Assembly: GCF_004010195.1 (NCBI RefSeq)
Contig: NC_057719.1
Location: 70,792,692-70,845,494, forward strand
Origin: Chiloscyllium plagiosum
Lineage: Eukaryota
Direction of reading: 5' to 3'
DNA length: 52,803 bases
Part shown: positions 24,450 to 37,085 of the stretch, one piece after another
Layout: every line of letters begins with the position of its first letter
Position numbering within the stretch: position 1 is the stretch's first letter
Translations under genes and position numbers: made by a program
The notes under the pieces: model-generated
The model's input: only the letters and a program-made list of their open reading frames with translations
What the model was told of the DNA's origin: nothing
Databases searched by the model: none

Positions 24450-25480
24450 TGTTAAGCACCAATTTTATGGTCAATTACGTTCACTGTACCCAGGTCTCGA
24501 CTACTGGAAATGGACATCAATGAAGTCTTATCTGTTCCTGATGTTGCTGCAAGATGATGTTCCTCCTGCTTGATATTCCTGTCCTCAGATGACAGCTCCC
24601 ACTCTCCCAGCTTATCAACCCCCCTCACAGCCCTTTTTTTCCTCCTCCAGCATTCCAGAATCATGCGGCACACCCCAGACCAATCCAAGCAGTGGAACCT
24701 TGTCTTTTGGAGACCTGTTGTTTGCTCCATGATGGTCTGGATGAAGGAGTTGCATTGTATCTGCTGTTTGTTTCTCAGTAAGGAAAGTTGTGTAATGGAG
24801 TCAGTCATGGACAGAGAAAGTAGCCCTTGTTCTCCAGTAACCATCCTTCCAAAGCATCTCGCCCCTCACAACAGCAGGAACATGAGAGTTCTCAAGGATA
24901 CAGACATTGTAGCAAATCACAGAGTACTGGGTGTACACAGTAAGAAGTGGTATTGATGATCATGGTTTGCTAGTGCATTGATGAACTCAGCTGCACACGG
25001 AAATGGCCCTGTCAATCCAACATGTGGATAGCCAATGGTGCCCTGCACCTGGAGAAAACCAGCTATGGTCTGCGTCCTACTGCCGAGGCTGCAGCTCTGC
25101 CATTGCATGGGGAAATGAGATGAAATAGTGTGGTCCGGCACAAATTACTTCAGTGAAAGTTTTAATGCAGTTGTCGACTGATTAAGCGATCTCACACAGG
25201 TCCCCAGTGGCTCCTCTGAAGGGTCAAATTGCATTAAACTTCAACGCAGCTGTCACCTTGACTGCCACAAGGATAGGATGGCCTCCTGCATAGGGTGCCT
25301 TCAGCTGTGGCCTCTCAGTCTGCAGGCTGCTCAGAGTCCTGTGCGGTTACTACTCTTCCTAGACTTGCTGGCTGTTCCTCTTCCATTTCCCTGCATCTTT
25401 GTTGCAGAGCAGCAGCAACAGTGTCAATTAGCCCTGCAGGGTCGGATCCATAAGTCATCCTTGCAATGGACCTAGGTGGG
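24450..25480 (-). pseudogene. PIF/Harbinger (HARBI1-like) DDE transposase relic
   Basis: The minus strand gives ILVAVKVTAALKF, GATGDLCEIA, IAGFLQVQGTIGYPHV and IMEQTTGLQKTRFHCLDWSG, all decayed Harbinger transposase motifs, with stops and frameshifts. Confidence 0.85.
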
Positions 25481-26817
25481 GAACATAAGCAATGAACATG
25501 TCCCTACTAATGTGAGCATTTACATCACTCTCAAAGGACAGCTTTGCTACTACTACATCCAGTGGGACATGGAGCACTCCAATAAGGAAGGTTGTGGAAT
25601 GATTCCACATGGAATTTTGTCACTGACATTTATTCTGATGAAAGCACCCACCGATCATATCAAAAAGACACAGATTGTAAGTGCTGCATGAGTCGACCTT
25701 TGACCTTCTTTTCTGACCCCTATATCACTCACAATAGGCATGATTGTATATCAGAGCATGTTGCATTGTACTTATAGTACAGGTTGGGAGGAAATCAGTT
25801 CCATACCCCTGCGAAGCCTAACAAACATGGCACTAGCTTTGTGCTTTATGGCCAGTAGGATCCACATTTAAGGCCTCTGTGATTGTCTCTGCTTCACAGA
25901 GATTATGATCTTAATCTATAAGAATCAATGCCATGGCCAAGATTACTTGTGACCAGCATCTGCACCCCACACACTTGGATAGTGCTTGCATTTTACGTTA
26001 GTATAGCATGTTTACAAATGACTTCAGCCTGTACACATGAAAATGCAAAGGTATCGATGCTCAGAGGTTGAGCTTACATTTGGATCCAGAAGAAAATCAT
26101 TGACTCCATCTACTTTGGGTGTGATCACAACCATTCTCCATTGGTAGATCGTATATCTGAATCAAGAGATAATTGAAGTCCATGCTAAGCACCATAAAAC
26201 CTGTGCTTAACCTGTCTGCCCCACCTAAACCTCCAAGTTCTTTTCGAATTGGCACTCCAAATAGCCAATGGTCACCCACATATACCTACACATCCCTAGA
26301 GCTACAACTGCAACTCTTATCCTTTTCCACTGAGCCCCATCCCTAAAGTTTAACCCTGCCCACATTGTGCTGACTCTCTCTGTCATGACTACAGTGGGGG
26401 TGAACACTAATTGCAATTAGCATGAATCGCTGCTGGTTGTCTCCATTCTTTACTTTGACCAGTTTTGATTGTAGCAGATATTCTTTGTCACAACCAGCAG
26501 GAACATGAGATTTATTGGGCTGAATCTTATTTTCTTTGGCTGACCCCCAGTTGCATCGAGTGCTCTGAAGGATTTCTTATTAAGAGTCCAAATTAGTGCT
26601 CTCTCTATATTTTACCAAATCTGCTGCATTAATTACCTACCCCGCCCCATGGAATCTCTCATATCTGCCCCATGTTACCACACACTATTCCCATAGCAAC
26701 TCGATGTTTGGCAGATATCCCCAAAACACTGGCATCACTTGCAACCACACCATTAGTAAAATCAGACAAGCATTGGTATTCCAAAGATACCTGGATTTTG
26801 AAGGATGTGTCCTCAAA

Positions 26818-27022
26818 ATATCAGAGAAGGGGAAACTAGCATTGTAACTCACCAATAGGGACTTAGAGGTCCTGGTTGACAGAATGGTACAGAGGAGGGC
26901 TGAGGACCATCAAAGAAAGCCAATGCTCTGAGGTCAATGTCAGGGTCAGAGCCATCTCCAGGGTGCAGAAGATTGACCTACATTTGTGCAAATGGTTCAA
27001 TGATCTTCTCTGGTCTTCCAGG
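26818..27022 (+). pseudogene. Harbinger-associated Myb/SANT (trihelix) DNA-binding gene, first-exon relic
   Basis: It reads KGKLAL*LTNRDLEVLVDRMVQRR, then after a frameshift EVNVRVRAISRVQKIDLHLCKWFNDLL. It ends at the donor GG|GTAGGT (27022/27023). Confidence 0.7.
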
Positions 27023-27244
27023 GTAGGTGCCACACTTTCCTCTCTACTACCTCACAAGCATCCTATCTCTACCACTGCACAGATCTGCAGGACACTGCAG
27101 AGGTGGACAGGCCCTGCAGTTTCTCCCTGCCTGCACACATCTGATCTTTCAAAGGATGGTCAACTTACCTCCAGTATGAAGACCCTCAATGAGTCTGGCC
27201 CATCAAGATATAAGCATCCCCAGGGTCATCTCACCAAAGCTCCA

Positions 27245-27605
27245 GGCAGGGTAGCCTCTAAGGGGACTGATGGCCTAGTTGTATTATTGCAGGACTGTTA
27301 TTCCAGCGAGCCAGGTAATGATCTGGGGACCTGGGTTCAAATCCCACTGTTGATGTTGTTAAAATTTGACTTTTTTTTAATCTGGAATTAGGAGTCAAAT
27401 GATGGCTGTAAATCCATTGCCACTTGTCAGGAAAAAAAATCTGGTTCGCTAATGTCCTACAGGGAAGGAAACTCCCATCCTTACATAGTCTGGCCTACCT
27501 GTGATTCAAGACCCACAGCAATGTGGTTTACTCTGAGCAGTTAGGGATGAGCAATAAATGCAGGCCTGGACACAGACTCACACATCCTGTGAATGAATTT
27601 AACAA
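27245..27605 (+). mobile_element. tRNA-derived SINE with LINE-derived tail
   Basis: It has A box tggcctagttg and B box ggttcaaatccc. The tail (gcaataaatgcaggcc...cacatcctgtgaatgaa) is shared with the LINE ends at 20580-20790 and 51230-51290. Confidence 0.8.
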
Positions 27606-29631
27606 AACCTAATCCAATCAGGCTCCTTGCATGCCAGCTGTGGAACCAGGGAGTGCACTTCGACAAAAGTGGGAGGAAGAGAATGAAGAAAAGATATTGA
27701 GGTCACTTTGATGGCCCAAGTGAAGAAGGTAATTCTGTTTTCTCATGTTTTGTACATAAATGGTATTTCTCTCAACATGTAGGTGCTCAATGCATTATTA
27801 CACCATCAGGTAGATGTTCACACAAGAGGCTTCATGGATTGAGGGCTGTGCATGGAGCTGAAAAAATTAGCTACCATTAGGGACAACAACACAAACACAT
27901 AGCTGTGTGTCCTGCTGACACCTTTGGCCCTTCTGGATGATGATGCCTAATGTTTGGTGTCAGTGAGTCCCCAGATATCCCCAAATGATTCCTAGTAGCC
28001 TATCCTGCCAAGCCTTTAAGATTCTCATTCCCACAAGTCCCAGCCACCCCCAGTGCTGAAGGCTGACATGTCGTGGCTCCATTGCCACAGCACCCCCTAC
28101 CCCACCTTTCCTGTAGTTCCTGAGGATGGACCATGGTGCATCGAACTGAGGCTCACCCCCTCAACCAATCTTGGCCAGGCAGCTTTGGGCAAGCCACGCC
28201 CAGACCCCTGACTAGTGGCTATACATGGCTCTTCTTCTTAACCCTAACCTCTGCACTCACCATTTCAGCACAATGGACTGACCATGGCCCACTCTCTGGA
28301 CGGCAGAGTGGTGGACATCTTGTTGCAAACCCACCAAACAGACAGCTGAGTGTAACCAATTCCCTGTACTATAATGGAAGGTTGCCTCCAAAGGCAGCAT
28401 TGAAGGTGACTCCCCTAAGAGTTGGATATATGGATGTCCCTTTGCTGCCCATGCAGTGTGTTTGCCACCTAGGCTGCTGGCAAATGGTGCAGTTGTGAGA
28501 TTGACATAGCACAGTGCTATACAGCAAGATACCCCCACCCCCACCCCACCACGTTGTTGCCTGAGGACTGCTGAGCAACAAAGCAAGCTGCCTGGTTGCA
28601 AGATGGTGCAAATTAGCACAGCAAGGCAGGGATACTGTGAACATGCAAGTAAGGTTGTCATTGAGCAAGCACTAAAAAGGACATGAACAATCCTGAGCCG
28701 CAGCCCCAGTCCAGCTGGGTACCTGTCCCTATAGCAACATTCACACACACCAGCCTTTCTATGTAAATCACTATTGTGTCCTGTGATGCTAGTGTATACT
28801 TCCAGGTTGCACTCCCAGTGAATAATGGAAGTGCCAACATGGTTGAGGTGGGCTGATAGATGTCAGATGCCAAGGTCTATGGAGGAGGAGTGAATATGGC
28901 TGGGGCCCATAATTCGTGCCCTGAGCTGCAGTTTGGTCACAGGCAACATGCAGATGGTTCACAGCAAACAGTGAGCTGACACCCTCTAATCTCTGTGAGT
29001 TCTCCCAATGTTGGCCTTGTTTGCAGAGTTTGGTAAAATGAGGGTGTGAATATTAATGAGGTGAGTTGTGCAGTTGACAATGCACTGACAAGCGAGAATC
29101 TCGCCACACCATTTGTGAAAAGCTTAAGAGCTGGAGCAAGATTTCCTCAAGGTCAAGATGGGCCTCACTGCATTTATTGCCTGACTTTGCCACACTTTCC
29201 ACATAGCCTGCATCAGTCAGACCCATTAAGATCCTGATTGGTCAATCAGTTTCAATCTCATTAACATAGCTTTTCAATATGAAGATGTTGGGGTGCTCCT
29301 GTGGGATTTCTTTCAGACAGGTGCAGAAATTTATGTAAATTTCCAACGAAGAAACTAAACATTCTTTACAACATGAGATCTAATGGTCGAATGCAGACCT
29401 GGCATTAGACACTAATTAGACACTAATGTTTTGCCTGCACACAGTCCCATAATATCACACATGTCACAAGCTGTAAAAAGCTCAAGGAAGATTGCATTAT
29501 CCTACATTGAAACAGAAGGGTAATTAGTTTGAATCTACTCCTGAAATAGAAGTAACAAGGCAATGTGAGCTTACTGCTTACCACATTCATATCAGGCTAA
29601 TGCTGGTTCATCCTAAGGCTGATCTCCCATG

Positions 29632-29760
29632 TGAAAGCAAATACTACAATCGCTGGAAATCTCAAATAAAAACGGAAAATGTTGAAAATACTCAGTAACA
29701 TCTGTGAAAAGAAACAGCTAGCTTTTCAGGTTATGCATCTTTCTTCATAACCAGAGGGAA
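29632..29760 (-). mobile_element. Old PLE terminal-repeat fragment
   Basis: aagcaaatactacaatcgctggaaatctcaaataaaaacggaaaatgttgaaaatactcag has the same layout as 9755-9872. Confidence 0.55.
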
Positions 29761-30124
29761 GTAGAAATGCAATAGAAAAACAAGCAAATGGGAAGAGAGG
29801 GAGAAGTAATTTAAACGACTTTTCTTCCATTTAGCCAGATTAGACCTGTTCAATTTTCTCATGCACGATTGTGGAGATCCTGACATGCTCAGTTCCTATG
29901 CATGAATGTTTTCTCTACCTTACCTCCTCAAACATAATATTTTCTGCTTCGTATAATTAAAATAGTATGTTTTCAAGAAGAACCTTAGCCGTATGAAAAA
30001 GGCTCTGGCTTGACCTTTATGAATGGAACTTTACTATCCATGGACCATTTGACCCAGTTCCTAAGAGTATAAGATTTGGTCACGAGTACATTTCTATAGT
30101 TATTACTATTGTTTTGCATCATGG

Positions 30125-30962
30125 AAATATAGAAACATTGAAGATAAGAGCAAGAGAAGGCCATTACACCGCTCTGCTATTCAATATGAGCATGGCTAAT
30201 CATCCGGCTCAATACCTTAATCCTGCCCTCTCCAATATCATTTGATCCTTTTTAGCCACAAGAGCTATATCTGGCTCCTTCTTGAAAACACATAATGATT
30301 TCGCCTAGATCACATTCTTTTCGAGTGGAATCCACAGGCTCATCATTCTCTGCTTCAAGAAATTTCTCCTCAACTCAGTCCTAAAAGGTTTACCCCTTAT
30401 CCTAACTAAGACCCCTGGTTCTGGATGCCACTATCATCAGAGACATCTTTCCTGCATCTAATCTGTCTAATCATTTTCAAATGTTATAGCTTTCTATAAC
30501 ATTTCTTCCCCCTCCACTACCCCATTTCTCCGAAACGCCAGAGAATATAAGCCTAACCAACTCAATCTCTCCTCAAACATCAGCCCTGCCATCCCAGGAA
30601 TCAATGTGATAAACTTTTGCTGCACTCCAAAAAAAATTCCTTTCTCAATAAGTAAACCGAAACTGTACACAATATTCTCAGTATGGCCTCACCAATGCCC
30701 TGTAAAATTGCAACAAGCCATCCTTCTTCCTATGATTGAGTCCTCTCCCCATAAAGCTAATATCCAGCCTTTACTGCCTGCGCTTATTTTCAGAGACTAC
30801 TGCCTGAGGACATGCAGGTCTCATTCAGCATTCCACTCACTCAATTTACAGCCAGTCAAATAATAATCTGCCTTCCTATTTTGGCAACCAAAGTAGGTAA
30901 CATCACATTTATCCATAATATGCTGCATCTGCCAGGCATTTACCCATTTACTCAGCCTGTCT
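30125..30962 (-). mobile_element. Old CR1 LINE 3' portion
   Basis: The minus strand gives DRLSKWVNAWQMQHI and ALVRPY*EYCVQF. A CR1 3' UTR lies at ~30125-30230. Confidence 0.85.
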
Positions 30963-33399
30963 GAAGCTTACCTTTTTTTTCTGCATGCTATTGGAGGTAA
31001 GCATGAGTTGAAACATTCCTAATGATCAAATACTACTATGCAGAAAATCTCAAAAAATGATAAACATAGCTCTCAATGTATAATATGAACTTTTACATTT
31101 TGAAATTTGTGGGTAAGCTTGCAGGTCAGCAGGGGAAGAGGTGCTGTAACTCTTGGACCATAAGTCTGTTTTCTCATGTTCACCACATAAATTCACCTTG
31201 TTCACTCTCTTTCCACTGCTCAATCTTCTGAGCTTGGGAAACCTACCTTGTAGGAGTTTAAAATAATACATTTGTCCAATGGGCAAATGCAGAGCCTATT
31301 TAATGTCCAACAGCCTCCTGAAAGAAACCACACTTGGGAAGGTTTAAAAAAAAGTTCCCGCTTAAATCAGTTTCTGTTTCTAACTGAGGATCATACTCTT
31401 AAGTACGACTTCTGGTATTTGGTGGAAACAAAAAGGAGATCAGGTGGAAATGGAAAACATTCAAGGACTTTGACTCTCTGCTGACTTTGGCATCCAGATT
31501 GCAGTGAGGAAGCCATTTGCAATGACTTCAATTATGTGAATTAGAGGTCAATAGCATCAAGGAGATGGAGTGAGAAAAGATGAGAAAACAGTTTCAGATG
31601 ACACCAATAAAAGCAAATTTGGTTACCTTAAATGATTAATAATAGCATACATTGTGCTACACCTGCTCAACTATTCAAATCTATTCCGTTAACAAAAGCT
31701 CAAGTTACCACTGTGTGCTAAAACCATGGAGAGACAGATGTATAAAGATATAGTGAGAGTTAAGTGCAAAGAGTAGACAAATTGACATAAAGGTACAGTA
31801 CATACGTGCAACATGATGCTGGTGAAAAACACTGTGTAAATTATTGATATATTTATGTTTCATAAATAGTGCAGTTGTTTGTTAGTCTAACTTAACAATA
31901 TTAAAATTGGTAATGCCCTTATTTCTCATTCTGTTATTCACTTTCTTAAATATGCCATTGAAATTATTTGAGCATTTTTAGTGATGCTTTGATACAGGCC
32001 ATGTTTTACTTGAACTAAAGTTCAATTTATTTTATTATTTTGCAACCTCTAGATTAAAAAATGTGACAGCAATCACCTAAAGTTCATGAATCAGAAGTAA
32101 ATACTGTAACTTGTTCCTTATTCCAGCAGTTTTCTAGAAACAACTGCACTGCATCAAAATGAAAGAAATCCAATTCATATGTTAGATACAAAAAATAAAT
32201 AAATCTATCTCTATTCTCAAATCATGAATAAGAAAATTTAGCAGTTTCTTGGTCTGTCAAATTGGCAAAGTAGAAAATAGAAAGCTATTCCCAGCTCATA
32301 AATAAATAAGCATCTATTTGAAACTGGGCAAACAATGAACTGATTACAATTTCTTTATTCACAGATCACAAATTCTTCCTTGAAAAGCATCCATTACTAT
32401 TTGATTCTGGTGATTACATTTCTTCTAGATGTGTCTAATCAATTAATCAGCATAAAATTATAAGATATGGATCCTAAAGACCTTTCTCTTCAAAGATTAT
32501 GTTTGGTTGTGAGGGTCAGGAGAAGTTAGCAAAGTGTAACAATCCAATCGCTGATTATTGCAATAAATTTTTATTGAAAACAAATCTCATTTCTACAAGA
32601 AGGAATGAGAAAATTACAGTAGCAAATACAAGGAAGGGAAATCAGTGCTTGCTGTGAATCATTATTTACACATTGCTTGTTATTGCCATGTGCAGGAGGC
32701 AATGTTAATAATCCTTCCATAAGTTTTGTCAGATTTCATAATTAAATTCAGCTTCTTGTTAACTTCAAGCTTACTTCAAAATTGGCAATAATGGAACAAT
32801 GTAAGAGCCTTTATGTTGGAGCTATGGAGCCAAATAACCTGCTAATAGTAAGCAAACAGCGTAACTGCTATTTTAAAGTAAAACACATACTTACCACTTC
32901 AACTTCAGTAAGTTATAACAAATGAACAGACTGCCAGCAGCGGTGTGCAATAGCTGAGGTGGTCACATTGGCTTTCTTTCTGTGTATTAGATAATAATAA
33001 ATTTGACACCATATTTTATCATATCTCTTCTTCTAGGCTGCAGTCATCAAAGTTTATAGTAGTTCTGTTTTCTTCCCGTTTAATCCAATCATCTATCAAA
33101 GCAGTGAAGTTCCAACATCACATCCAGATATGTCTAATCTGAGAGATGAGGGCTTGAGAACAAAATGAGGGGTTGTATGCTGATAATCACTAAAATGTAT
33201 GCACTCATGAATAAATAATTTGAAAAGTATGAAGACAGACATTTACTCTCATGAACTTAATATTAAACACTTGCAACTTTGTCATTAATGAGGTATTTAA
33301 TCAACTCACTCATGAAAATTCTCATCTAGCCATGCATTTATTAATTAACATCTTTAATATTTGAATCAGCATCCCTAATATTTTTTGTTTCATCTTTTC

Positions 33400-33470
33400 T
33401 TTTCAGGGGATGTGGGCATTGCTGGCAACACCAGCATTTCTTATCCAATCCTAGGTATCTTGAAAGGATC
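33400..33470 (-). mobile_element. Short LINE/SINE 3' tail fragment
   Basis: gggatgtgggcattgctggc...ccagcatt is the reverse complement of the tail seen at 20745-20780. Confidence 0.6.
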
Positions 33471-34249
33471 AACACAAAAGAGTAAAATTAAAGGGAAATG
33501 GAGCAGAAGGGACATAATATTTGGCTGCATGGTGCCTGTATTTTCAATACTATAGGTGTCATTTCAGATCCAAAGTAGTGTCTGCAGGCAATACTCACAC
33601 TTCAAATATCATTCAGAATAAGGCAAAAGTGCTGGCACGTGGAGTATTTCCTGGAATAAAGCACAGTAAGCCAATCACCATGTTAGTCAGCATTTAATAG
33701 TAACTTGATATGAGTGCTGCCTTTTTTTTCACTGAATGCTCCAACTAACATCCTCTCCTAGCTCCACAGAGCTAAACAGATGCACAGCAATAGGGAGGGT
33801 CCCCAACAAGTCAGAGTTAAAGACATTATTACTTACTTCTAGATTAATTGCTAATTGATTCTGCTGGCTATTGCTGAGTTAGGAATAGTGTTCTTTGATT
33901 TGCTCTGTCACATAAAGTGATCAAACAGGATGTGATGTGGAATTTGGTTAAAGATCTTGGTTCTGATTAAAGGGGATCTTCTCAGAATATTTGTTCCAAC
34001 TCACTCGTGCTGAAGTTTCCAACTCACCTTGGCTTGCAACATGACAAGGTAAATAAGAAGTTTCAAAGCAGAGGACAAGCTCCTCAGACAGAGAAGGGAT
34101 CAAGAGAAGGGCATGCAACAGAAAGCCATATTCACCAATTCTCCTGTCTCACTTCAGTGAGCAACAGTATTTTGGCACCTTTATGATACAAAAGAAGTGC
34201 TCATTGAGTTCTGCCACAATTTGCAGGCAGAATATTGTCTCAGGGCAGG

Positions 34250-34880
34250 GTGAAGATGATGGCCAGTGCTGTGATGACGATCCTGGCTGCTAAATTAAAT
34301 GCATTGGCTTATTTCCTGCAATGTTACCTCTGTTCACCATGCACTGTTCCATAAAGTAGGGTACTGAGGATTTCTATGTGACTTTTACAGTATTTCATTC
34401 TGTCCTGTCAGACCACACTGATAGTATTAGTAAGCAAGTGTAATCAAGCATTGATTCCACACATATCACCTCATCAATTCCATATATCACCTCCATGGTG
34501 GTTGCAATCTGAAGGGATTTCAGTGTTCAGCTGGATTGTAATCAGACCCTCACCCAATATCCTGAAACTTATGGTGCTTACATTCTGCTTCCCATTTGCT
34601 GTATTATCTGAATTTCAGGCACCTCAACAAACTAGAGAGTGGTTACTAGGCAACAAGAGCTATCTGCTCATGATTCCACTGTGCAACCCAATGCACACAT
34701 GAGCAGCATACATTACACTAAATCTAAGTTGCTACAGGACTGTCATCATGCAAACCATTGGAGTTCTTCCAGTGTCTGGATCACTCGTCAGGGGTTCTGT
34801 GCTTCTTTGCAGAGTGCATGTCACAATTCTCTGTGGTCTATTAATCCTGCATTATCTCAGCTACCATAAGGCCATGGGTA
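34250..34880 (+). pseudogene. Second PIF/Harbinger transposase relic
   Basis: IDSTHI, NLKGF, SVQLDCNQ, QYPETYGAYIL, WLLGNKSY..LMIPLCNP, ATRTVIMQTIGVL and CLDHS occur in the expected order across frameshifts. Confidence 0.8.
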
Positions 34881-36994
34881 TTCCATGAACAGTTGAATAG
34901 CAAGAGAGGAAAGAGCCATCACATCCCTTTTCTTCCTGGGCTGTTTGTAATTGGTTTATTCAACTGTGACAGCACTGAGCTCAACCTGAAATCTCAGTCA
35001 ACAATAATCCCATATCTTCTCAATACTGCTAAGCATCTCAGCAGCCTCTTGCAAAAATGCTGAAGTAAAGGCCACCAGAGCAAATATTCCAAACCAACTT
35101 GGTCAATAAAACCTGCTTTGAGAGATCAACTAATCCCTCTTGTGGATTCTTTTTATGCCCCATGGCTAGAGCATAGCTGCTGGAAGAATATTGATCTTTA
35201 GTGAGGGAGACTGCACATGGCCTTTCAGGACAAACGTGAGTGACTTACATCTGGGAGGCCTGTTTTTGGGGGGGGTACAACCCATGTATGGGTGGTAAAG
35301 TCAACCACAGAAAGGGCCCTGATGCCATGGTAATAATGGGAGACAGATTTTAAGAGAGGGATCACAGTCGGTTCATGGTGCACGGAGACACTACCACGCC
35401 AATGGTATGGTGCCATAGCAAACCTTCATGAAGCTATTGTGATATTCTGGTATTTACAGCAATGGCAGCAGTCTGAGTATCCATTCCAGCATCTCTGTCT
35501 GAGTATCCATTCCAACATCTGGAGTTTGGAAAATATTTGCTTGTGCCTCAATGGAGCTGGGGTGTCAGGATCAGGCACTATGATATGGTTGAGTTCACAA
35601 TATACCCACGGGGTTGATTGGAAAGGATGAGATCCAAGCTCCATACAAAGGCAAGTGCCACGTTTGTTTAAAAAAATCTCCTATGTTCCTTCATAGTGAC
35701 CACAGGCTTTTTGGCAGGCCAGAGACTGCATTGTGCATTTTTGTGCACATTGACCATCCGATTTTCCCTGGTCACCACCCCATCAAAGTCCTTATCCAAT
35801 TCTTTGCAACAGAACTTGCATGGGAGATTTCCCACAGGTTGATCCTGCATTAACCTTTTTATCCCTGTCGTAGCGAGAGAATACTCAAATTCTAACTTTC
35901 ATCCCCAGCCTTACACAGAGTACCATTGGTTATGAGTGCAAGAGCAAATAGCCATGTTTCTTCCCCATTACTAACTTGCTGCTCTTCCACCTCATTTTTT
36001 TCCACCTCTTTCTAGCCAGGTTGCAGATTCCCAGGCACGAAAAGAAAAAGGCACTAGGGAAGGTTGTGTTAAGGGGGTGATGAGGGCCTGGATGGAACAG
36101 GAAGCAAGAGGAACATTTGTACACCATCTGCAGATTGTAAATCAGAAGATATTGTGGGATGAGGAGGAAGCAAAATGTGAGAATGAGCATTATTGTCAAT
36201 GGTCCACAGCCTCAGTGCAGACCACAGACTCAGTCACAGCTGCACCAATAGCAATGAGCACCACTGGCATAAGGGCATATAGTACACCTGTACCAGTTAG
36301 GTCCTACTCCATCTAATAGTGCATCACCTTTTCCTGCAAAGAGAAGGATGTTTGCCAGAGAGTGTGGTACAATGCCTTTGTATAATGTAAATATCCTGGT
36401 TAAATAGTTGCTAGCCATGGGAAGTAGGCATGAAGTTAAAGTGAATGTCAGGTATGAGACCTATTTGATACAGTTTGTTGTAGGAAGGATGCAGGATGTG
36501 TTGGGGGGGTGGTGTAGTGAGCATATGAGTGCCAATAATAAGGAACTGCTGCACTTGGAGTCAGAGGCAGGGTTGCTGTACTCAGGTATGCATTTGGGTA
36601 GAGGTAGGAGCCAAGGCCAGGGTCAGCTCTGGGGCCGACGTTATCTGCCCAGGCCCTGGTTGTAGGTGAGTGATGGAGCTATGATGCGCAAAGCAATGTG
36701 TAGAGTTGGAAGTGCAATGCTGGAACATGGCATTTGAAAACGCATTGATTTGACCTTGACCATTCATGTAAAGTCATTGACTTGCTTCCAAACTGACTCA
36801 GGTCCTTGAGACTGGACCTTCAGTAATGACTGCTAAAGCAGTTTGTTTTCACTGCTGATATCCATCCTTGTCACACCTTGGCCAAGATTCCCAGTGCACT
36901 GTTGGAATAGGTAGGGGTCTGCAAGCTGCTTTACTGTGCCATCCTTAATTGTTCTTCATGCTCAGACATCCTTCTACACCCGGTTTCATCATCA

Positions 36995-37085
36995 GAGCTG
37001 AAAATGTGTTGCTGGAAAAGCGCAGCAGGTCAGGCAGCATCCAAGGAGCAGGAGAATCGATGTTTCGGGCATGAGCCCTTCCTCA
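36995..37085 (-). mobile_element. Short PLE-derived insert (hammerhead core plus tail) with 13-bp TSD
   Basis: The minus strand reads CUGAGGA-A-GGGC-UCAU-GCCC-GAAAC-AUC (37059-37086). TSD ggtttcatcatca at 36982-36994 and 37086-37098. Confidence 0.9.

Noticed and set aside
26876..28748. ORFs of 171, 121 and 163 aa as host genes
   Set aside because: They run through decayed Harbinger-associated and SINE sequence and show no coherent domain.
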